Source of the DNA: an uncultured Flavobacteriaceae bacterium
GTDB taxonomy: Bacteria; Bacteroidota; Bacteroidia; Flavobacteriales; Flavobacteriaceae
Assembly: GCA_947503105.1 (NCBI GenBank)
Contig: CANNCM010000002.1
Coordinates: forward strand, 79,546 to 143,545
Length of the DNA stretch: 64,000 bases
Direction: 5' to 3'
In this document: in pieces, positions 8,671 through 18,369 of the stretch
How the letters are laid out: each line of letters opens with the position of its first letter
Numbering within the stretch: the first letter of the stretch is position 1
Program-made: the position numbers and the translations under genes
The notes under the pieces: generated by a model
Database searches by the model: none
What the model saw: the letters and a program-made list of their open reading frames with translations, nothing else
What the model was told of the DNA's origin: nothing

Positions 8671-10002
8671 ATGCAACAGGCTTTTGATCAACATATTAAA
8701 TCACATTTTCCATTTCTTTTAGAACAAAAAGTTTTGGTGGCTACTTCTGGCGGATTGGACAGTATGGTATTAACAGATTTATGTTTAAAATCCAATTTAG
8801 ATATTGGCTTGGCGCATTGTAATTTTAAATTGCGAGACAAGGAAAGTGATGCCGAAGAAGCTTTTATTTTAGAATATGCAAAAACCCATAGTCTGGCTGT
8901 TTTTTCAAAACAATTTGACACCACCCATATTGCAGAGTCTTCAAAAATATCTATTCAAATGGCCGCTCGGCAGTTGCGTTACAATTTTTTTGATACACTC
9001 TCCAAAACGCACCAATTTGAATCGCTACTTACGGCCCATCATGCCGATGATAATTTAGAAACATTTTTCATCAATTTAAATAGAGGTTCGGGAATTGATG
9101 GCCTTCTAGGAATCCCTAAAATTAATCAAAATATTATTAGACCTTTATTGCCATTTACTAGGGATCAGATTTATAATTATGCAAAAAAAAATCATATTGA
9201 GTGGTGTGACGATAGCAGCAATGCGAGTCTGAAATATACACGGAATGCACTGCGGCATCAACTTATTCCAGAGTTGAAAACTATTTTTCCAACCATCATT
9301 GAAGCGCTTCATAATACCCAAAGCAACCTCGAAGCATCTCAAGATTTATTGAAAAATCACATTACTGACATTGAAAAACGAGTTGTTCAGTTTTCAAATT
9401 CTAATGGAACGCATTATTCTGTTGAACAGCTTAAATTGCTCAATCCGTTGCGGTCCTATATTTTTCCTTTGTTTGGAAAGTTTGGTTTTACAGATTTGGA
9501 TGAACTTTGTAATTTGATTGATGCACAATCGGGGAAACAAATTCACTCCAAAACGCACACCATTTTAAAAGATAGAGCTGTATTAATTTTAACGCCAAAA
9601 GACGTTTCAAACGCTCACTTTTTTTTGACTATTAATGACATAAAAAGTGGTATTAAACTTGACAAATTTGGTGTATTTCTAAATTTTAGAGAGGATATAA
9701 AATTAGGTGATTCTTCCAAAAACACTTTATTTTTAGATTATGATAAACTTCAATTACCTCTTACTTTACGATCTTGGACAGCGGGTGATTTTTTCTACCC
9801 TTCAGGAATGTCTGGCAAAAAAAAACTGAGTAAGTATTTTAAGGACGAAAAATTATCTTTAATTCAAAAATCAAAAGTACTTTTGTTGTGTTCTAATGAT
9901 GATGTTGTTTGGGTTGTAGGAATGCGTCCAGACGCCCGTTTTTTGGCCACATCAAAAACAAAACATATTTTAAATGTCAATGTAGTTCATGCCACAGATT
10001 GA
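8671..10002 (+). CDS. tilS: tRNA(Ile)-lysidine synthetase
   Basis: PP-loop VATSGGLDSMVL and a TilS C-terminal domain. The ATG at 8671 is preferred over the TTG at 8656. Confidence 0.9.
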   Translation: MQQAFDQHIKSHFPFLLEQKVLVATSGGLDSMVLTDLCLKSNLDIGLAHCNFKLRDKESDAEEAFILEYAKTHSLAVFSKQFDTTHIAESSKISIQMAARQLRYNFFDTLSKTHQFESLLTAHHADDNLETFFINLNRGSGIDGLLGIPKINQNIIRPLLPFTRDQIYNYAKKNHIEWCDDSSNASLKYTRNALRHQLIPELKTIFPTIIEALHNTQSNLEASQDLLKNHITDIEKRVVQFSNSNGTHYSVEQLKLLNPLRSYIFPLFGKFGFTDLDELCNLIDAQSGKQIHSKTHTILKDRAVLILTPKDVSNAHFFLTINDIKSGIKLDKFGVFLNFREDIKLGDSSKNTLFLDYDKLQLPLTLRSWTAGDFFYPSGMSGKKKLSKYFKDEKLSLIQKSKVLLLCSNDDVVWVVGMRPDARFLATSKTKHILNVNVVHATD

Positions 10003-10948
10003 TTCTATTTTTACAGCTTCAAAACTTTTTAAAAATGCATTTGTTTCAACGGTCTATTCGGGCTTATTTCGTCGAGTAAAGATTCGCCAAGAAAGAGAAC
10101 GCATACATCTTAGCGATGGTGATTTTTTAGATTTAGACTGGAGTTCTTCCACTTCAGCATCAAAGCAACTTGTTATTTTACTTCATGGCATGGAGGGCAA
10201 TGGACAACGCCCTTATGTGACTGGTGTGGCCAGACATTTTAATGCCAATGGGGTAGATGCTGTTTGTGTAAATTTTCGAAGTTGTAGTGGAGAATTAAAC
10301 AAAAAATTCTCTAGTTTTCACTCTGGTCAAACCAACGATTTGAACGATGTAATTCATCATATTGTAACTCATTACAAATACACTTCAATTTTTCTGAAAG
10401 GGATAAGTTTGGGTGGAAATATTGTTTTGAAATATCTAGGTGAGAATCAAAATATACCTCCACAATTAAAATCGGCGATGGCAGTTTCTGTACCCATAGA
10501 TTTGGCGGCATCCTCAAAAGCGCTACACCAATTCAAAAATATATTATTTCATATTTATTTTATGATGGGGTTGAAGTATAAGTTGATGCAAAAGCAACGC
10601 CAATTTCCTAACAAAATATCACGAAAAACACTGTATAAAGTGTGGACACTTCGCAGTTTGGATGAAGTATATACTGCCAAAGCAAATGGTTTTAAAAACG
10701 CTTCAGATTATTACAATAAAGCGAGCAGCTTACAGTATTTATCCGCCATAAAAACCCCTGTTTTATTGCTTAATGCCAAAAATGATTCTTTTCTAACCCC
10801 TTCATGTTTTCCATATACAATCGCTGAAAAAAGTAAGTATTTATATATTGAAACCCCAGTCCATGGCGGTCATGTTGGATTTATCTCCAAGGGAGGTGTT
10901 TATTATAACGAAAAGAGAGCTTTAGAATTCTTTAGAGAATTTCAATAA
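9989..10948 (+). CDS. alpha/beta hydrolase, YheT-like
   Basis: 319 aa with the nucleophile elbow GISLGGN and a late GGHVGF. Overlaps the tilS stop by 14 nt. Confidence 0.75.
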   Translation: MPQIDSIFTASKLFKNAFVSTVYSGLFRRVKIRQERERIHLSDGDFLDLDWSSSTSASKQLVILLHGMEGNGQRPYVTGVARHFNANGVDAVCVNFRSCSGELNKKFSSFHSGQTNDLNDVIHHIVTHYKYTSIFLKGISLGGNIVLKYLGENQNIPPQLKSAMAVSVPIDLAASSKALHQFKNILFHIYFMMGLKYKLMQKQRQFPNKISRKTLYKVWTLRSLDEVYTAKANGFKNASDYYNKASSLQYLSAIKTPVLLLNAKNDSFLTPSCFPYTIAEKSKYLYIETPVHGGHVGFISKGGVYYNEKRALEFFREFQ

Positions 10949-11515
10949 TTGAGTGTAAATTTTATCAATTGGAAAGCCCATTACATTAAAGTAAGAGCCA
11001 TCAATTTTTGTAACACCAATTTGTCCAATCCAATCTTGAATGCCATATGCTCCAGCTTTGTCCATGGGATTATAATTATTGATATAAAATTCAATTTCTT
11101 TTTCTGACAATTCTTTAAATGTCACTTTTGTTGTGGAATTAAAAATATATTCTTTGGACCAACTTTTTATGCACACAGAGGTAATCACATCATGAGTTTT
11201 CCCGCTGAGTTTTTGGAGCATCAGAAAAGCATCTTCTTTGGTTTTTGGTTTTCCTAGCGCTACATCTTCATGCCATACGATAGTGTCACTTGTAATGAGA
11301 ACATCGTTTGGTTTTAATTCTTCTGTAAATGCATTTGATTTTAGCTTTGCCAAATAATCTGATATATCACTTTGCGTAAGTTCTTTTGGATACTGTTCAT
11401 CAATTTGTTTTAATCGAATCTCAAAAGGCACGCCCAATGATTTTAGGAGGTCTTGGCGTCTTGGAGACCCCGAGGCTAAAATTAGATTTTTAGATTTTAA
11501 ATGTTTCTTTAACAT
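10922..11515 (-). CDS. maf: Maf-like nucleoside triphosphate pyrophosphatase
   Basis: LILASGSPRRQDLL and DKAGAYGIQ motifs. Confidence 0.9.
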   Translation of the reverse strand: MLKKHLKSKNLILASGSPRRQDLLKSLGVPFEIRLKQIDEQYPKELTQSDISDYLAKLKSNAFTEELKPNDVLITSDTIVWHEDVALGKPKTKEDAFLMLQKLSGKTHDVITSVCIKSWSKEYIFNSTTKVTFKELSEKEIEFYINNYNPMDKAGAYGIQDWIGQIGVTKIDGSYFNVMGFPIDKIYTQLLKFSKEF

Positions 11516-11524
11516 TTTTGATGT

Positions 11525-12055
11525 TTAATCATTTTGAGCATCAAAATCACTCATCCACAGTCCTTTAACTTTCATTACTTGCTCAATAACATCTCTAACA
11601 GCGCCACAACCACCATTCACATGTGAAATATAATCTGAAATCGCTTTGATTTCTGGAGCAGCATCTTGAGGACAGCAGGGCAGTCCTACAAGTTTCATCA
11701 CAGGAAAATCTGGAAGATCATCACCCATATACAACACCTGGTTTGGGTCTAAATCGTATGTATCCAATAAGCGATTAAAATGCTGTACTTTGTCGTGTGC
11801 ACCCAAAATTACCTCTTTTATCCCTAAGCCTTTCAACCGTTGACGAACGCCTTCATTTTTTCCACCAGAAATGATGAATATATTCAAACCTGCTTCAACA
11901 GCCGCACGAAGTGCATACCCATCTCTTGTGTGCATTTTACGAAGTAAATCTCCATTAGTTTGAACCAACAAAGAACTATCAGTAAGGACGCCATCGATGT
12001 CAAAAATTAGAGTGGTTATTGTATTTAAAAGTGCTTTGTAATTTTTCTTAGCCAT
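11525..12055 (-). CDS. kdsC: HAD-IIIA phosphatase, KDO 8-phosphate phosphatase-like
   Basis: Motifs FDIDGVLTD, ISGG and GDDLPD. Start set at MAKKNYK (ATG 12055), which overlaps the upstream stop as ATGGCTAA. Confidence 0.75.
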   Translation of the reverse strand: MAKKNYKALLNTITTLIFDIDGVLTDSSLLVQTNGDLLRKMHTRDGYALRAAVEAGLNIFIISGGKNEGVRQRLKGLGIKEVILGAHDKVQHFNRLLDTYDLDPNQVLYMGDDLPDFPVMKLVGLPCCPQDAAPEIKAISDYISHVNGGCGAVRDVIEQVMKVKGLWMSDFDAQND

Positions 12056-12806
12056 GTGTTTTTTGAATTGATTTTGTGAGTTGCTCATATAAGTCTTTGT
12101 AATTTGGGTGAGACTCTAAAAGCTTTAAATGTGTTTTTATTGTTTTTGTATCGCGCCTTTTTGCTGGGCCTGTTTGTGCCATGTAGGGCGACAAGTGTTG
12201 TACTTTTTTTGCGGTTTCAAGTATGAGGGGTTTTAGAATATCAAAATCTAGGCCTTTTTCGTCGGTGAGTTCGTGGGCAATACGATACAATTGGTTGGTG
12301 AAATTATTTACAAAAACAGCAGTCAAATGCAATGCCTGTCGCTGTTCTGAGTTGATGGTGTATGTTGGGCTATTTAAAGCTTTAGCAACTTGCTTTAGCG
12401 TATTTCGATCTTTTTTGTCTGTTGATTCAACACAGATCGGAACATTTTTAAAATCAATTGCAGCAATTTTTGAAAAAGTTTGAAGCGGATAAAAAACACC
12501 TCTTCTGTTTTTGGAATTTAATAATCGCATCGGTACGCTACCAGATGTATGGACTACCAATCGATCTTTGAATGGTATTTGATTTGAAAGTTCTTCTACA
12601 GCGCTGTCGCTTACGGCAATAACATAAACGTCTGCGGTGGTAAGAGCATTCAAATTATGACATATTTCTACAGTAATGTGTTCTGTTGGATTATTTATTT
12701 TTGACCTATTATACCATTGAATCAATCTTAAATTTTCGGCATGATGTATGGCTCTACACAAATGTGTACCTACATGTCCAGCTCCTAAAACAACAACAGA
12801 AATCAT
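12048..12806 (-). CDS. Rossmann-fold/DUF2520 domain protein (putative NAD(P) oxidoreductase)
   Basis: The N-terminal VVVLGAGHVGTHL dinucleotide fold, size and architecture are typical of DUF2520 proteins. Confidence 0.65.
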   Translation of the reverse strand: MISVVVLGAGHVGTHLCRAIHHAENLRLIQWYNRSKINNPTEHITVEICHNLNALTTADVYVIAVSDSAVEELSNQIPFKDRLVVHTSGSVPMRLLNSKNRRGVFYPLQTFSKIAAIDFKNVPICVESTDKKDRNTLKQVAKALNSPTYTINSEQRQALHLTAVFVNNFTNQLYRIAHELTDEKGLDFDILKPLILETAKKVQHLSPYMAQTGPAKRRDTKTIKTHLKLLESHPNYKDLYEQLTKSIQKTHG

Positions 12807-12921
12807 AATGCTAAATTACGGAAGTGTAGGGTTTTTTGAAAGGGAATACAATGGTTTATAAAAAATTATTAAAATAAGTGTTAAAAGCGTGATTTTAAAA
12901 TTACTTTTTATAAAAAGTAAG

Positions 12922-12929
12922 TACCTTTG
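12922..12929 (+). promoter_or_regulatory. -7 box (TACCTTTG) upstream of ccsBA
   Basis: Exact TAnnTTTG match, 26 nt upstream of the ATG at 12955. Confidence 0.45.
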
Positions 12930-12954
12930 TAATCCATAAAAATTGACTTTTTTG

Positions 12955-15900
12955 ATGCTCAAAAAAATTGCCAATATTCTTTTTTCTACACGCCTCACCG
13001 CAGTTTTGTTTATTGCCTATGCTGCAGCTATGGCTGTTGGTACTTTTTTGGATGTAGGTCAAAGCACCTCGCCAACACCATACTCTCGAAATTTGATTTA
13101 TAATGCTTGGTGGTTTGAGGCGATTATGGTTGTTTTCATGATTAACTTTGTTGGAAATATTTTTAGATACCGCTTATTGCGTAAAGAAAAATGGGCAACA
13201 TTAGTGCTGCATTTATCGTTTATTTTTATCCTTTTAGGTGCTTTTATAACACGATATCATGGTTTTGAGGGGATGATGGCTATTCGTGAGGGTGCAACAG
13301 AAAACACATTTCTATCTCAAAAAACGTATATCACTACATATATAGATGGCGATTATAAAATAAATGGCGAGCTCCAGCGATTGGTTCGAAATGATGAAGT
13401 TGATTTCTCTCCACGTTTGCATAACGATTACAGTTTTCAAACCTCATATGGTAATATTCCGGTATCTGTAGAACTTGTCAATTTTATTTCTGGAGCTGAA
13501 GAAGATATCGTTCCTGACTATAGTGGAGAATATTATTTAAAATTGGTAGAAGCGGGGAGTGGAGCACCACATAATCATTTTTTGAAAGTTGGAGAAGTCA
13601 GTAGTATTCACAATGTACTGTATGCCCTAAATAAACCAACACCCGGCGCCATTAATATCACTTTTTCTGAGAACAGTTTAACTATAGAATCGCCATTTGA
13701 GGGTGAATATATGACCATGGCTACAGGCACTCAAGGAAGACTTGCAAAAGACAGCATTCAACCTCTGGTATTGCGATCGCGTTATATCATTGGAAATCAA
13801 GCTATTGTGTTCCCAAAGCCTGTCATAAAAGGGGTGTTTGATGTGGTCAAAAAATCAAAACTCTTGAAAGGAGATGAAGATGGTATTGCACTAAAAGTCT
13901 CTGCAAATGGAGCAACAAAAACCGTAAAACTTCTTGGTGGTCAAGGTATGAGTAACCCTTTCAAACAAGTTAATGTTGGTGGTCTCGATTTTGCATTTAA
14001 ATATGGTTCAAAAACATTAGAACTCCCCTTTGATATCAAGCTTAACGATTTTATTGCGGATCGTTATCCTGGAACAGAAAAGAGTTACTCTTCGTTTGAG
14101 AGTAAAGTCACAGTTTTCGATCCTAAAGAAGGAGATTTCGATTTTCATATCTATATGAATAATATCTTAAATCACAGAGGTTATCGCTTTTTTCAGTCGT
14201 CTTTTGATCCTGATGAAAAAGGAACTATTCTATCTGTAAATCATGATTATTGGGGCACTTGGTTTACCTATTTGGGGTACTATTTGTTGTATTTTGGTTT
14301 GATGGCTATTTTGATTAGTAGAGGGGCTAGGATGGAACTTTTGCGAAAACAATTAGATAAAATTAAGCGAAAGAAAGCCCAACTTACAATTTTAGTTTTT
14401 GCATTATTTTCTCTTGGAATCAATGCTCAAACCACGCACACTTCAGAGCATCAAATGTTGCGACCTTCAGCACAACAATTGGATTCAATTCTATCGGCCA
14501 ATATTACGCCTGTAGTAGAGTCCGATCGTTTTGGAAAATTGGTTATTCAAGATTCCGATGGGCGAATGAAACCCGTAAACACCTACGCTTCAGAGCTGTT
14601 GAGAAAATTATCAAAAAAAGATACTTATAAAGATTATACATCAAATCAGGTGTTTTTGTCCATGCAGGAGAGTCCGCAATTGTGGTATAATGTTCCAATT
14701 ATCTACTTAAAACCCAAAAAAGCGGATACAATTCGAAGCTTAATTGGTATCCCTAAAGAACAAAAATATGCAGCACTGATTGACTTTTTAGACAAGAATT
14801 TGAATTACAAATTAGGGCCATTTCTAGAAGAGGCTTACAGCGCACAAGTGCCTACTGCAATTCAAAAGGAATTTAAAGAAACAGATCAGCGTGTGAGTCT
14901 TTTATTTAATTCTTTGGAGGGTGATGCATTGCGACTCTTTCCAATTCCAGAGGATGAAAATAACAAATGGGTGTCTCCCAAAGAATTTGTACAGCAAGAA
15001 ATTGAAGTTAAAGACTCATTGTATGGAAATTTCATCAAAACAGGGTTCTTAGCTTATCTTGCTACTTTGCAAAACGATAAAATAAAGAAATCGGATTTTA
15101 CGCAAAGCCAAAAACTCATCGAAGCTATCAAAAAAACACAACGTCGCTACGGTGGAGAAGCGATGCTTTCTGAGGATAAAATTGAAACTGAAATTACGTA
15201 TAACAAATACGATATTTTCAAAAAATTGTTCAGTTGGTATATGTATGCCAGTAGTTTAATGTTTGTCCTATTGATTGTTCAGATATTAAGAGATAAGAGC
15301 AAAGTATTAAAAATTTCAGTGAATATTTTTAAGGTCTTGATCTATGTGTGTTTTGGACTTCATACGGCAGGCCTTGTTGTACGATGGTATATTTCGGGTC
15401 ATGCTCCATGGAGTGATGCCTATGAATCTATGATTTATGTTGCTTGGGCGACAATGGCTTTTGGTGTTATGCTAGGCCAAAAAAGCAATCTTACATTTGC
15501 ATCAACAGCTTTTGTAACCGCAATGATTTTGATGATTGCCCACTGGAATTGGATGGATCCCACAATTGGAAATCTTCAACCTGTTTTGAATAGTTATTGG
15601 CTAATGATTCATGTGGCCGTAATTGTTGGTAGTTATGGGCCAATGGCTTTGGGGATGATTTTGGGAGTGATTAGTTTGTTGCTAATGATACTCACAACTT
15701 CAAAGAATAAGGCCAAAATGGCGTTAAACATCAAAGAACTTACTATTATCAATGAAATGGCACTTACTGTAGGTCTTGTTATGCTGACCATTGGAAATTT
15801 TCTAGGCGGCATGTGGGCCAATGAAAGCTGGGGGCGTTATTGGGGCTGGGATCCAAAAGAAACATGGGCGCTCATTAGCATTATGATTTATGCTTTCGTT

Positions 15901-16149
15901 ATTCATATGCGACTTGTGCCAGGTTTAAGAAGTCGATTGGTATTCAATATCGCTTCAATTCTTGCTTTTGGAAGTATTTTAATGACTTATTTTGGTGTAA
16001 ATTTCTACCTCGCAGGGCTACATTCTTATGCAAAAGACGATCAAGAAATAAGTGTTTTTTATATTCTAGCTAGTTTATTAATTCTTACAATAATAAGCGT
16101 TTTCGCTTCCCTTAAACACCGTAAGTATTACTCTAAGAAAACTAGTTAA
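12955..16149 (+). CDS. ccsBA: fused cytochrome c biogenesis protein CcsB(ResB)-CcsA (system II)
   Basis: About 1064 aa. A ResB-like N-terminal half (TM segments plus a large periplasmic domain) is followed by a polytopic C-terminal half carrying the WWD haem-handling motif WANESWGRYWGWDPKETWA. Confidence 0.85.
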   Translation: MLKKIANILFSTRLTAVLFIAYAAAMAVGTFLDVGQSTSPTPYSRNLIYNAWWFEAIMVVFMINFVGNIFRYRLLRKEKWATLVLHLSFIFILLGAFITRYHGFEGMMAIREGATENTFLSQKTYITTYIDGDYKINGELQRLVRNDEVDFSPRLHNDYSFQTSYGNIPVSVELVNFISGAEEDIVPDYSGEYYLKLVEAGSGAPHNHFLKVGEVSSIHNVLYALNKPTPGAINITFSENSLTIESPFEGEYMTMATGTQGRLAKDSIQPLVLRSRYIIGNQAIVFPKPVIKGVFDVVKKSKLLKGDEDGIALKVSANGATKTVKLLGGQGMSNPFKQVNVGGLDFAFKYGSKTLELPFDIKLNDFIADRYPGTEKSYSSFESKVTVFDPKEGDFDFHIYMNNILNHRGYRFFQSSFDPDEKGTILSVNHDYWGTWFTYLGYYLLYFGLMAILISRGARMELLRKQLDKIKRKKAQLTILVFALFSLGINAQTTHTSEHQMLRPSAQQLDSILSANITPVVESDRFGKLVIQDSDGRMKPVNTYASELLRKLSKKDTYKDYTSNQVFLSMQESPQLWYNVPIIYLKPKKADTIRSLIGIPKEQKYAALIDFLDKNLNYKLGPFLEEAYSAQVPTAIQKEFKETDQRVSLLFNSLEGDALRLFPIPEDENNKWVSPKEFVQQEIEVKDSLYGNFIKTGFLAYLATLQNDKIKKSDFTQSQKLIEAIKKTQRRYGGEAMLSEDKIETEITYNKYDIFKKLFSWYMYASSLMFVLLIVQILRDKSKVLKISVNIFKVLIYVCFGLHTAGLVVRWYISGHAPWSDAYESMIYVAWATMAFGVMLGQKSNLTFASTAFVTAMILMIAHWNWMDPTIGNLQPVLNSYWLMIHVAVIVGSYGPMALGMILGVISLLLMILTTSKNKAKMALNIKELTIINEMALTVGLVMLTIGNFLGGMWANESWGRYWGWDPKETWALISIMIYAFVIHMRLVPGLRSRLVFNIASILAFGSILMTYFGVNFYLAGLHSYAKDDQEISVFYILASLLILTIISVFASLKHRKYYSKKTS

Positions 16150-16801
16150 ATGTACTCTTAATTCTATCGAAGCTGATTTCGTTATAATCGGAAATTACCA
16201 TATCTGCCAATGTATAATCTTGGTTTTTTGAATGCTCACTTTTGTAGGCAACACAAAAAATACCTGCACCTTTTGCAGCTTTAATGCCGTTTGTAGAATC
16301 TTCTATGACGAAACATTCATTTTGTAGAACTCTGGCAGCCTTAGCAGCATTAATAAAAATTTCTGGATGCGGTTTAGATGCTTTAAGGTCAGCGCCACTC
16401 AATTTTTCAGAAAAATAAGGATCTAAATTAAAACGTTTCATGACGTTATTTATGGTAAACATCGAGGCAGAGGAGGCCAAAATTAACGTTAGGCCATTAT
16501 CAAAATAATTTTTTATTAGTTGTTCGACACCATTAATCAATTGTAAATCATCGTCCTCAAAAAAGAGTTTAGTGAAAAAATCACGTTTGAGTTGCACCAA
16601 TTCTTGTGGGTTTTGTTTAAGCTCGAAATGGCTGCAAAGTTGCTTACAAATATCATAGGTCGATTGCCCTGTAAATCCTTCATACATACTAGAAGAAACT
16701 TCTATACCAACTTTTGAAAACATCTGTTGATAGGCCTTGTGATGTAAAGGTTCTGTGTCAACAATAACACCATCCATATCAAATAAAACAGCTTTAAGCA
16801 T
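16142..16801 (-). CDS. HAD-IA hydrolase (beta-phosphoglucomutase family)
   Basis: Motifs VLFDMDGVIVDTE, ASSA, K and EDSTNGIKAAKGAG. Confidence 0.8.
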   Translation of the reverse strand: MLKAVLFDMDGVIVDTEPLHHKAYQQMFSKVGIEVSSSMYEGFTGQSTYDICKQLCSHFELKQNPQELVQLKRDFFTKLFFEDDDLQLINGVEQLIKNYFDNGLTLILASSASMFTINNVMKRFNLDPYFSEKLSGADLKASKPHPEIFINAAKAARVLQNECFVIEDSTNGIKAAKGAGIFCVAYKSEHSKNQDYTLADMVISDYNEISFDRIKSTFN

Positions 16802-16905
16802 GATTTGTTTTTGGCGAAGATAATTCTTCAGTTCATATATTTTTTAATTTTATTGAACAAATAATATTAATTTTTTATATTTTTATACTTTAAAACTAAG
16901 CTTCA

Positions 16906-17091
16906 ATGAAATTTGTAAAATTATTAGGAATAACCAACACACTTTTGCTTTTGTTGTGCGTTCTAATTATAGTTGTCTCGGAATATTTGTTTTTTTCGGG
17001 TAACCAATTACACGGAATTTTTGTAGGGATCTGGGCGCCTATGCTTGTTGGTCTAATGATATTTTTTAAACTTTTTCGCCTTGGCCGCTAA
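16906..17091 (+). CDS. small membrane protein (61 aa, two hydrophobic segments)
   Basis: ATG start with two clear hydrophobic helices. No family recognised. Confidence 0.4.
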   Translation: MKFVKLLGITNTLLLLLCVLIIVVSEYLFFSGNQLHGIFVGIWAPMLVGLMIFFKLFRLGR

Positions 17092-17188
17092 CGACATCGT
17101 ATTATATTTTTCCATTTTCGTTTCCGTTTGCGTTGCAATTTGGGCTTTCGTTCTTATCAAACAATTCAACGATTTAGATAATAAATAG
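17081..17188 (+). CDS. candidate unannotated 35-aa single-TM ORF (TTG start), overlapping the previous ORF end
   Basis: Hand translation gives (M)AANDIVLYFSIFVSVCVAIWAFVLIKQFNDLDNK*. It is too short for the ORF track. The tail WA..KQFNDLD loosely resembles CcoS/FixS-type peptides. Confidence 0.2.
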   Translation: MAANDIVLYFSIFVSVCVAIWAFVLIKQFNDLDNK

Positions 17189-17207
17189 GGTTTAATAAAC
17201 ACTTTTA

Positions 17208-18365
17208 ATGTCAAAACAAAAAAAAGGTCAAAATACCATTTGCACCCATACTGGTGGTGTGGATGATCCTATTTTTAGAGGTGCAGTTTCGCCAATTTAC
17301 CTGTCCACATCCTATGATTTTTTGGATCAAGAAACGAAACGCTATCCTCGTTATTTTAATACCCCAAATCAAGAACATTTAAGTAAAAAAATTGCTGCAC
17401 TTGAAGATGCAGAAGCAGGAATGCTGTTTTCATCTGGGTTAGCAGCTGTATCTGCAGTGATGCTCAGTTTTTTAAAATCTGGCGATCACGCCGTTATTCA
17501 AAATGATATTTATGGTGGTACGCGCAATTTTATAGAATCGCATTTTGAGTCGTATGGAATACAGTATAGTTTTACTAAAGACCTGACAATCAATGCATTT
17601 AAAGACTGTATTCAAAAAAATACAAAACTCATATATGTCGAAACACCGTCAAATCCGCTACTTAAATTGGTGGATTTGTTTGCCATTGCAAAATTGGCAA
17701 AAACCCATAATATTATTTCAGCAATCGACAATACTTTTGCAACACCAATTGTACAAAAACCGCATACGCTAGGAATCGATATCATCATTCATTCTGCGAC
17801 AAAATATTTTGGTGGACATAGCGATATTAGTGCTGGGGCCATAGCGTCTTCTCAAAAGCACATTGATAAAATTTGGGATTTGGCAAAAGATTTTGGCGGT
17901 AACCTCAGTGATTTTTCGGTTTGGATGTTAGAAAGAAGCATGAAAACACTAGGGATTCGTGTAAAAGCACAGCAAAAAAATGCCAAAAAATTAGCACGTT
18001 TCTTAGAACAGCATCCTGCTGTAAATAAAGTTTATTACCCTGGTTTAAAGTCACATGAAGATCATCAATTAGCAAAAATTCAGATGAAAGGATTTGGCGC
18101 AATGTTGTCATTCGAATTATCTAAGTCCTATGACACAGTTTTATTTTTAAAATCATTACAACTTATAAAACCCTCTATGAGTCTGGCAGGCGTAGAAAGC
18201 ACGATGATTTTACCTGCCTTAGCATCGCATGCATTACTTTCTAAATCGGAACGACTTGCACAAGGAATTACAGATCAATTGATCCGTTTTTCTGTTGGAA
18301 TTGAATCTAAAAAGGATTTAATTTACGATATTGAGCATGCCTTAAATTTAAGTCAAAAAAAGTAA
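17208..18365 (+). CDS. Cys/Met-metabolism PLP enzyme (cystathionine gamma-synthase/lyase family)
   Basis: 385 aa with the PLP-lysine motif HSATKYFGGHSD and typical family length. Confidence 0.8.
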   Translation: MSKQKKGQNTICTHTGGVDDPIFRGAVSPIYLSTSYDFLDQETKRYPRYFNTPNQEHLSKKIAALEDAEAGMLFSSGLAAVSAVMLSFLKSGDHAVIQNDIYGGTRNFIESHFESYGIQYSFTKDLTINAFKDCIQKNTKLIYVETPSNPLLKLVDLFAIAKLAKTHNIISAIDNTFATPIVQKPHTLGIDIIIHSATKYFGGHSDISAGAIASSQKHIDKIWDLAKDFGGNLSDFSVWMLERSMKTLGIRVKAQQKNAKKLARFLEQHPAVNKVYYPGLKSHEDHQLAKIQMKGFGAMLSFELSKSYDTVLFLKSLQLIKPSMSLAGVESTMILPALASHALLSKSERLAQGITDQLIRFSVGIESKKDLIYDIEHALNLSQKK

Positions 18366-18369
18366 CATC

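Noticed and set aside
17092-17207. Riboswitches: SAM upstream of the Cys/Met PLP genes here and at 3030..3184, and cobalamin upstream of the TonB-dependent receptor (53245..53381)
   Set aside because: The regions are too short and AT-rich to hold the conserved multi-helix cores, and no characteristic conserved boxes were seen. An Infernal/Rfam scan would be the decisive check.
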